64,000 nt of DNA from Octopus vulgaris. Its lineage: Eukaryota. The stretch lies in NCBI GenBank assembly GCA_951406725.2, contig OX597815.1, positions 18,724,001 to 18,788,000 of the forward strand, in the 5' to 3' direction. The position numbers and the translations under genes were made by a program. Below the pieces are notes generated by a model. It was not told where the DNA came from. It was given only the letters and a program-made list of their open reading frames with translations, and ran no database searches. Positions 54,904 to 64,000 of this stretch are shown one piece after another (the first letter of the stretch is position 1; each line of letters opens with the position of its first letter).

Positions 54904-56189
54904 TCATGTCATCCCATAAGTTCTGTCCGATTTTACCCTTTTTAAAGTTGAATGAAATTTAATAGTATTTTATAATGTCTAATGGAATTAAAGAATATTT
55001 TTATGCATTTGTGTACATTTAAACTAATTATATATTATTTTACAGAATAATAGAATTAAAATTACTTTGATTAAAACCCTTTCTAACATGGAAGTAACCA
55101 AATAGCATTTGAGACACATAATGCTTTATGAGTATAAAAAAGGAAACTCTGCAGCCGAAGGGACTCGAAATATACACTCAGTTTATGGGAAAGAATTCTT
55201 GAATGAAAGAATTTGCAGAAGATGTTTTGCAAAATTCAGAAGTGGAGATTTTAGCCTTGAAGATGAAGATCGAACAGGACGTCCAGTTGAGTTTGATAAG
55301 CTCCTTGAAGCATTACTTGAAGAAAATCCAGCATTATCAGTTGAAGAATTGGCAATAAAGCTTAGTTCAAACCATACAACTGTTCATCATAATCTTCAAC
55401 AACTTGGAAAGTTTCCTAAACTTGGAAAATGGGTGCCTCCTGAATTGTCCAAATTCAACCCCAAATCTCGAGTTGACATCTGCTCTTCTCTCCATTCTCG
55501 CGAACTCATTCCACCCTTTTTGGATAGACTTGTGATTGGTGACGAAAAATGGATATTCTAACGAAATGTTAAATGTCGTAAACAGTGGCTTGGTAAAAGG
55601 GAAAAAGCGCAACCAGAACTGAGAAGGGAGCTTCATGGGAAAAATGGTTCTTATCTCTATCTGGTGGGATCGCAAATTAGTAATTCACTTTGAATTGCTA
55701 CCACCTAATGCAACAATCAATGATCAAGTTTACTGTCAGCAATTAGAGCATTTGAACCATGCTTTGAAGAAAAAAAGACCCGCTTTAGTGAATAGAAAAG
55801 GAGTGATGTTTTATTAGGACAATGCGTGACCCCACACTGCAAAGATCACATCTTAGAAGATCGAAGAGATTGTTTGGGAAAAAAATTCTCGTCCACCTTA
55901 TTCTCCCGACCTTGTTCCCTCAGACTACCATTTGTTTCGTAGTTTACAGATTCATTTCGGGGACATAACTTTCGCAAGCCAGGAGGAGGACAAAACTGAC
56001 ATTTCAGAGTTCTTCGCTTTGAAACCAAAAGAGTTTTACATTGATGGGATTAAAAAGTTTGTAAAGAGATAGAAGGAAGTAATAGATAATCAGGAAAAGT
56101 ACATTGATGATTAAATTTCAATTAAATATAACATTTGATCATTTGTTTTCTCTATTCAACATTCGGACAGAATTTATGGGATGACCTGA
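54904..56189 (+). mobile_element. Full-length inactive mariner transposon
   Basis: TIRs of about 27 bp TCA(T/G)GTCATCCCATAA(G/A)TTCTGTCCGA, TA TSD, 1286 bp. Confidence 0.95.
55088..56114 (+). pseudogene. Mariner transposase pseudogene
   Basis: WVPPEL, GDEKW, DNA*PH, YSPDLVPSDY; in-frame stops and frameshift. Confidence 0.93.
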
Positions 56190-56469
56190 TACTTATATAA
56201 AATCAGTACTAGCTAAAAGTTCAAATAAGATATTTGTAGAAATAACCCTGACATAGTAATGTAAATATTATTGCTGACACAATAGAACGTGGTACTAACT
56301 TATGGAAACATTTAATATACCTTATAGTATATTGTGCTTGCATAACAAAGTACAACGTACCCACAAATCTTTAAATATTCTTTGTAAGCTTATGACTTAT
56401 TCTCTCAGTCCCTCTTTGCCTAACCGCTGAAAAACGGGGGCCAACATCGGTTGTTAATCGATGGTGAGG

Positions 56470-56496
<27 letters not shown>

Positions 56497-56500
<4 letters not shown>

Positions 56501-56712
56501 TAATCCAAACAAGAAAACAAAAAGACAACAACGCGAGGATGTGGAACAAATAAAGTATTATTGAGCGCTCAGGAAAGAACGGAAGAAGGAGGGTATGACG
56601 TTTCGAGCGGAGCTCTTTGTCGGAAACATAGGAGAAAGAAAGATCCCGAGGTGGGAGGACAGAGGCAAAAAAATTGCAAGTAGTCTTCACGAGGTCACAT
56701 ACTGAAAAGACC
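56497..56712 (-). mobile_element. PLE-type terminal module (CCGAC family)
   Basis: Homologous to 59770-59975; between TA tracts. Confidence 0.75.
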
Positions 56713-58236
56713 AAATATATATATATTTGTATGTATGTATGTATGTACTATGTCATTGTTGAATTTTATTTCAAGATTTCTTGCCAATAGAGAGACACTC
56801 TCTAATCTAGATTCAACGCTCCTTCATTGAAATTTCAACCACAACAATGGGGTATTTTTGTTTGTATCTTTTTTGATTTATACATACAACACACACGGAC
56901 TTACCCGCGCACTTGCAAGCTTACACATATATACACAAATTTAATCTTACAAATGTAAATGCCGTGTATATTATTTATATAAAGCTATATTTACTTCCAG
57001 CATATGTCACGCTACAATCTGCATTTACGTAGGAGGCAACACTAGAAATGGATTGATAATGGAAACCATACACATATTACACGTACAAACAGTCTTCTTA
57101 CGTCGTTCTGTAACAGCGTTTTAATAGTAAGAGCTAAGCTATACTATTAAATGCGAATTTAACAGTGTTACTTATGAAACTAAACTAAACTTGACTATTG
57201 AGAAGTGGGTCAACCAAACATTACTCATGGTAAGTGAAGTAACATGCAACAAAGATTGATAAATCATTAAGTTCAGTGCTTGAATGATTGCGAATTCTTG
57301 TGGTGCTTTAATGCATTAATCAATAAAGTAACTTTAGCTTCTATTAATTTACAATTAAAATAAGTTTCTTTTATAGTTCCATACTGATACAACAATAGGA
57401 ACACTAAATTGTTAACGATATCAAGAAATCATTAAATCTAATTTTCGCATATGTGACGTAAAAGCTTTTATTTAATGAACGGTAATGTTGAAATGGGTTG
57501 TTGTCTGATTACATCGGTGAGATAAAGTTATTTAACCATATCATTCAGTCAACTAAAGGATAATCAAGTGAACAAAACTGATTTTACTTTCCGAATTATG
57601 AAATCAGTCTGTTTCTTCGGAAAATCGATTAAATATGACTCCTTAGTCCAGAAAGATGATGATCCAAAAAGATGATGCTCTTACAAGAACTAAATAAATA
57701 GTAGCAAAAATTATTGATTAATGTTAATGCCCAGTCTTAGTCAGCGATAACATTTGATTCACAAAAAAAATATCTTCTGAATATAATTTGAGAAGTTATG
57801 GCTTTATTGAATCAATTTGTAGATATCATATTACGATTAAATTTCAATTGAATAATTGAACAAATTAAACAGTAAATATATGTGTTAATGAATTGTGTTT
57901 TTGTCTGGCTTTTTTCCGTATTCTGTTACACAAATCCAATTCTGAACAATATGCATTGACCTATATCATGGGAAAAAATTATAACTGTAGGTTAATTGAA
58001 TCAATAACAACTAATAATGTTCATCTCAAGTGAAAGTTTATATTATAATTTATCAGTAGCGGCTGCTTCCGTCTCTTCTGTATAACTGTGAATTTTACTA
58101 GTATATAATTCTGCAAGCAGCGATCGTAAATATTTATTTATTGACTTGCAAATATAACCAATTGAAAACTAATGGATTTCCATATACATACATACATAAA
58201 TACATGCATACATACATACATATATATATATATATG

Positions 58237-58338
<102 letters not shown>

Positions 58339-58501
58339 TAGATTGATAGATGTATTTGCATTTACACATATACATGCACTTACATACATATATACCTATA
58401 TACATGCATATATATAAATATATATATATATATATGTACATGTATGTATGTATGTATGTATGCATGTATGTGTATATGTTTATCTAATATATGTATATGC
58501 A

Positions 58502-58804
58502 AGATAAAATGAGATAACTAAGTCAAGACTGCGTGGAAATTTTAGGACATTTATAAACGGAAATATAGTCTTGCAGTTTTTTTCTGAGATATTAGGGATA
58601 TCACTTCATCAGGGACGGCATAAGTGAGTTAACTAAAGGGAAATAGTAGAGTTCAATATTTTCTGCTAGTTAGCTAACTCTCTCATATAGTCTCTGATGA
58701 AGGAAATATTCCTAATATCCCAGAAACAGCTGTAAGACAATCTTTCTCTTTATAAATGTCTTATAAATTCCAGACAGCTTTGGCTTAGTTATCTCATTTT
58801 ATCT
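58502..58804. mobile_element. Inverted pair of hammerhead-bearing modules
   Basis: Arms 58502-58616 and 58690-58804; GTCT-CTGATGA..GAAA-CAGCTG-TA-AGAC at 58690-58738. Confidence 0.75.
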
Positions 58805-59033
58805 AACATTACATGCTTACACAAGACCCACATTAGACTTCTCACTTGTACTATTATCGAACCGAGAGTCTAACCACGGTCCTCCCGTAACACTTACATA
58901 GACTTACCTACCATCTTGGGTTTTCTGGACACCACTGCCTCTTATACACACGCACACACATACACACTCATTCATACAAACATACGTACAAACATGTGCA
59001 CGGTATTCACGGTATACATACAAACATGTGCAC

Positions 59034-59620
59034 GGCGAGCTTGGCAGAATCGTTAGCACGCCGGGCGAAATGCTTTGCGGTATTTCGTCTGCCGTTACGT
59101 TGTGAGTTCAAATTCCGCCGAGGTCGACTTTACCTTTCATCCTTTCGGGGTCGATAAATTAAGTACCAGTTACGCACTGGGGTCGATGTAATCGACTTAA
59201 TACCTATGTCTGTCCTTGTTTGTCCCCTCTGTGTTTAGCCCCTTGTGGGTAATAAAGAAATAGGTATTCATAGGCGTAGGAGTGCCTGTGTGGTAAGAAG
59301 GTCGTTTCCCACCGATGTTGTCCTGGGTTAAGTCCCACAGTGTGGCACCTTGGGCAGGTGTCTTTTACTATAGCTTCGGGACAAAGCCTTGTGAGTAGAT
59401 TTGGTAGACAGAAATTGAAAGACGCCCGTCGTATGTATATGAACATATGTAAGTATGTGTCTTTGTGTCTGTGTTTCTCGACTCCACCATCGCTTGACAA
59501 CCGATGTTGATGTTTTTATGCCACCGCGATATAGCAGTTCGTCTAAAGAGCCGATAGAATAAGTACCAGGCTTACAAAGAATTTGTCCAGCGTTCGATTT
59601 CTTCGGATGACTGAAAAAAG
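59034..59620 (+). mobile_element. Adjacent family B (59034-59265) and family A (59272-59620) SINEs
   Basis: Both match other copies in the window. Confidence 0.9.
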
Positions 59621-59701
59621 TAAAATATATATATATGCACGTATACATACATATATATGCACGTATACATACATACATACATACATACATACATACATAC
59701 A

Positions 59702-59763
<62 letters not shown>

Positions 59764-59769
59764 ATCGCT

Positions 59770-59975
59770 TGAGCACCACCAGCTCAAATATTTTTTCCTC
59801 TGTCTTCCCTTCTTTGGATCTTTCCATCTCATTGTTTCCGACGAAGAGCTCTGCTCGAAACGTTAAACCCTACTTCCCTTCTTTCCTGAGCGTCAATAAT
59901 ACTTTAATTGTTCCACGTCCTGCGTTGGTCTGCTTTTTTCTCTTTTTTTCTGTGTTTTCTTGTTTGGATTAACTT
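59770..59975 (+). mobile_element. PLE-type terminal module with hammerhead-like fold at 59834-59868
   Basis: GTTT-CCGACGA-A-GAGC(TCT)GCTC-GAAA-CG-TT-AAAC; (TA)n on both sides. Confidence 0.75.
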
Positions 59976-60018
59976 TATATATATATATATATATCTGTAT
60001 GTATATGTATATGTATGC

Positions 60019-60059
<41 letters not shown>

Positions 60060-60112
60060 TATGTATGTATATATGTATATATATATATATGTGTATATGT
60101 ATGTATATATAC

Positions 60113-60197
<85 letters not shown>

Positions 60198-60599
60198 CAC
60201 ACACACACACACACACACATACACACACACACATATATATATAACAAAGTAAACTCGCAAGGTACCACACGAGTGAAAATATATAGGACAAAGTGTTTGA
60301 ACATGTTAAGAGGGGTGTAGGGGCTTTTTGATTAAACAGTTTACATGAAAGTGTTCAAAATAGGTAGTAAAGTTCATCAAAAAATCATGGTTCTATAGAA
60401 GCATATACATAGAAGGAGCAATTTATGTATTTATTCAGAATTTTAGGGGAATGTGCGACCTTTCCATCCTTCATCTCCTGTCTTGTAGTGTGAGTATAAG
60501 AAATGTTTGCTATTGTTTGAAATAGTGTGAGGTGTTGGTTGGTGGGAGAGAGAGCATTGTTTCTCGGCTAGTCTCTCATGGTTCAGTGGTTTTTGGGAC

Positions 60600-62040
60600 T
60601 GGTCTTAGAGTTTAAAATGGTGTGAGTGTGAGTGTGTGTCTGTGCACGTTTCAATGTGTGTAAGTGTGTGCATATGTGATTGTGTTTGTGTGTGGGGGTT
60701 GCTTTTGATTGGTCTTGGAGTTCAGTGTGGCGTGTGTATGTGTCTGTGTATGTTTTATATTTAGCAAGGTGATGCGTATACATGTATGCACGTTTGTGTG
60801 TGTGTGTGTGTGTGTGTGATTTGTATTTGTCACGTTGCTGTGTGTGTGCATGTGTGTGTACGTGTTTGTTCGTGTGTGTATATGAGTGCGTCTGTTCTGT
60901 GTGCGCTGTTTTGGTGGGGATGTTAAATGCATGTACGTGAGTATGCTTGTGCGTCTCTGTGTATGCTTGTAGTGTTATAATGGTCCGGGTGGTGATGGTC
61001 CGGGTGGTGATGGTGGTGGTGTGTGTGTGCAGACGTATATGTGTGTGAGAGTGCATATGTATGTGTGTAAGAGTGTGTCTTTTTGTCAGGAGTTCTGTGT
61101 GTGTCCGTGGGTGTTACGTTGATCGGGTGGTGTGTATGTGTGTGCGTGTGCATACTGTGCCTGTTTGTACTGAGTATGCGTTTGTGTGTGCATATATATG
61201 TGGGTGTGGCTTATGTAGTTTTCGGGGGGGGGGGGGGTGCACATGTGTGTGTGTGCTATATTTGTTGTGGCGAAGTGTGTGTGTACGTATGAGTGCAAGT
61301 GTGTATGGAAGTTTTGTGTGGTGCGTGCATATGTTTGAGTGTATTATTGTTAATGTTTTGTTTGTATGGTTTGTGCAGTGTGTGTGTATATTTGTGGGTG
61401 TGTTTGTGTGATTGTGCCTATGTGTCTTGTATTTGTTAGGGTGATGTGTGTTATTGTGTGTTTGTATGTATTTGTGTATGTGTGTGTATCTATGAGTGTT
61501 TGTTGTGATTGTTGGCATTGTCTTGCGTGTATATACGTGTGTGTTCTTTCTTTGTGTGTGTGTGTGCGTGTGATTTTTTACTGGGGAACGGACATATTCT
61601 GTTTGTGTGTGTGTACGGATGTGTGTATATATGCGTTTGGGGGGAGTGTTGTATTTACGTGTTTGTGTGTGCATCTGAATTTGTGTGTGTGTGTTTGTGT
61701 GATTGTGTCTCATAATTGTTAGGGCGCTGTCTGTAGGTGTGCGCATGTAAGTGTTTACGTATATGTGTATGGGTGTATGCCTATCTGTGAGTGTTAGTTG
61801 TGGTTGCTAGAATTGTATTGCATGTATATATATGTATGTATCTTTTCTTGGAATGTGTGTGGGTTTGTGCTTGAACGCGGGGACATTTTGTTTGTACGTG
61901 TGTGTATATGTATGTGTGTTAGTGTGGCCGGTTTGCATTGTATTTGTGTGTGTGCTTGTACATCTGTGTTTCTTTTTGTGTGTGCTTGTACAACTGTGTT
62001 TCTTTCTGTGCGTGTTTGTTGTGTATGTGTACCTGGGGGG
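60600..62040. repeat. Degenerate GT-rich tract of about 1.4 kb
   Basis: Strong G+T strand bias without long perfect arrays. Confidence 0.85.
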
Positions 62041-63275
62041 ATATGTTAGAGTATGTTGAGTTTTTGTCTGTATTTTTGAATAAGTATATTTTCCTTATTT
62101 ATTCATGTTTTGTCAGTGGTGTTGTCTGGGCATTGGTACAATGGTAAAACTAAGAATTTGGGGGACTTGTTTTGTGTACAGAGATCTAAGTGGCCACTAA
62201 GTGGTATCTGTCTCGTGGTGGTATTCGTCAGTTGTTGGCGGTGGAATGTCATCCTATCTCTGAGGGTAAAACTAGCCTGCCCTATTTATTCTTTGTGGTA
62301 CCCTTCACACCTAATGGATAAAATAAAATTTTTGATGCGCAGGTAAAGTTATTTTTTTACGACAAAAGTGTATCCTAACTTGAATTTGTACATTGTTCCT
62401 TCAACGAGGTGGATGCAGTCCTGCAGTTCGATCACATTTTTTGACGGTGGGTGTTAGGTAATTTTGCATTGGTGAGTATGTTTTTTAGGGATTTGGGTTG
62501 TCTGTTGCTTTTTATTATTTTATGGGTTTCGATTGCTTTTTAAACGTGGGTCTTGTCTCAGAAGTGGGATGTTCTTGTATATAATCGTGTAAGGTTCTGT
62601 ATTTCTTGTGTGTTGAGAGATATGGAAAACTATTTAATGTACCTTGAATGTGTTTAGGATTTCGTAAGTCTTGGATATCGATAGACTTCACTATATTCCA
62701 TTGTAAATTGGATATGGTTGTTGACATTGTTGATTAAATTTTGAATTCATTGAGTTGGTTGAATGTGTGAGACCATAGGATGAGGCAGTCATCTAAGTAG
62801 CGTTTCCAATTCTTCAATAGGTATTTGTGTAAAGACAAGCCGTACTTTGATTTGGATTGTTCATAGATTTGTAATTCTAGGTACGCCATCACCAGATTGG
62901 CATAAGTTCAGCCAACTGTAGTACCCATCGCAGTCCCTGATACTTGTCTGTAGGTATTATTATTGAAAATTAAAAAGATGTTTTGGGGGATAAACTTAAG
63001 ACCTTCGATGATAAATTCTATTTTATTCGTTCCAAGACCTCATTGAGGTATTTTTCTAGCCAGATTTGAATGGCTTCTAGTTCATATTGATGTGAGATCG
63101 TAGTATAAAGACTTATCACATCAAAAGAGACGATAAGAATGTCTTTATTGGTATGTTTGGAGAGGTGGTTTAAGAGGTCCAGGTCATATCTTACAATACT
63201 TGGTATGTGTTTAAATATTGGTTTCAAGAGTATATCAATGAAGTTGCTTAATCTGTGTGTTGCAGTATCATGCAG
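62040..63275 (-). pseudogene. Decayed Penelope-like element (RT, Cys linker, GIY-YIG)
   Basis: VSFDVISLYT, YRQVSGTAMGT, YANLVM, WKRYLDDCLILW, NFTCASK, IGQASFTLRDRMTFHRQQ. Confidence 0.88.
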
Positions 63276-63800
63276 TACTAGGATATTCGAAACGGGCGTA
63301 AGCTGATTAAAAATATATACTTCTTCATCTCTTATATCTACATATACATACATATTTAATGAATTTATCATATTGTATCTAATATAATGATTATTAATTG
63401 ATGTATATTGTGGAGTGTCCAATAGTTCTCCCTTGACACAAGACAATCAAATTTTCATTTCCTTAAAGGGAAGTCCACATCGAAGGAGACCTCTTTCTTA
63501 ATAGTATCTCCCCTTCTCATCGGAAGCAAATCCCAATGGCCGAAAGGCATTTACTTACTCTTGTATGGAACGGAAAAATAACATTAAATCAATCATTTCC
63601 CTTATATACACATATTGTGTATTTGCGTGTGTGCGTGTGTGTGTGTGTTTGTGTGTGTGTGTTTATTCATATGTAGATGTTTATATGTATATATCATATG
63701 AATGTGTGGGTTTATAGTCGAAGTCAGACTGTTTATGTCAGATGAGGTGTCGCATTCGTGATTGTGTGTATGAGCAATCACACAGATACAGACAAGCACG

Positions 63801-63832
<32 letters not shown>

Positions 63833-64000
63833 CATATACACACACGCACACATACAAATGCACACATACACACACGCACACATTGATACATTGATACACT
63901 TCTTCTACTATCAAGTAATTTTCTTTCCATCTTGTTTACATCTAAGTGTTTACTTTTGTATGTCGCATTCATATCTATATATTTATGGGCATTATTTCTA

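Overview
AT-rich, microsatellite-dense animal DNA. The SINE families and repeat style strongly suggest an octopus (coleoid cephalopod) intronic or intergenic region. I can support no host protein-coding gene; most track ORFs are read-throughs of simple repeats. The window is almost entirely mobile-element sequence: two tRNA-derived SINE families, decayed RTE and CR1-type LINEs, a 5'-truncated HERO-clade RLE retrotransposon, R4/Dong-like fragments in (TACA)n, several Penelope-like (PLE) remnants including a young 3 kb inverted-repeat copy, a full-length dead mariner, a mariner MITE, a non-autonomous Helitron and foldback/MITE-like elements. The main leads are: (1) many small PLE-derived modules, often inverted pairs in (TA)n, carrying minimal type I hammerhead ribozyme folds with non-canonical cores; (2) a CCAAT-TATA-Inr promoter-like module plus a structured RNA domain in the HERO 3' UTR, with a separate solo copy; (3) R4-like elements apparently targeting (TACA)n; (4) a foldback element built from SINE/LINE tail modules; (5) a SINE-LINE pair sharing a 3' tail. 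All calls are by eye and coordinates are approximate.
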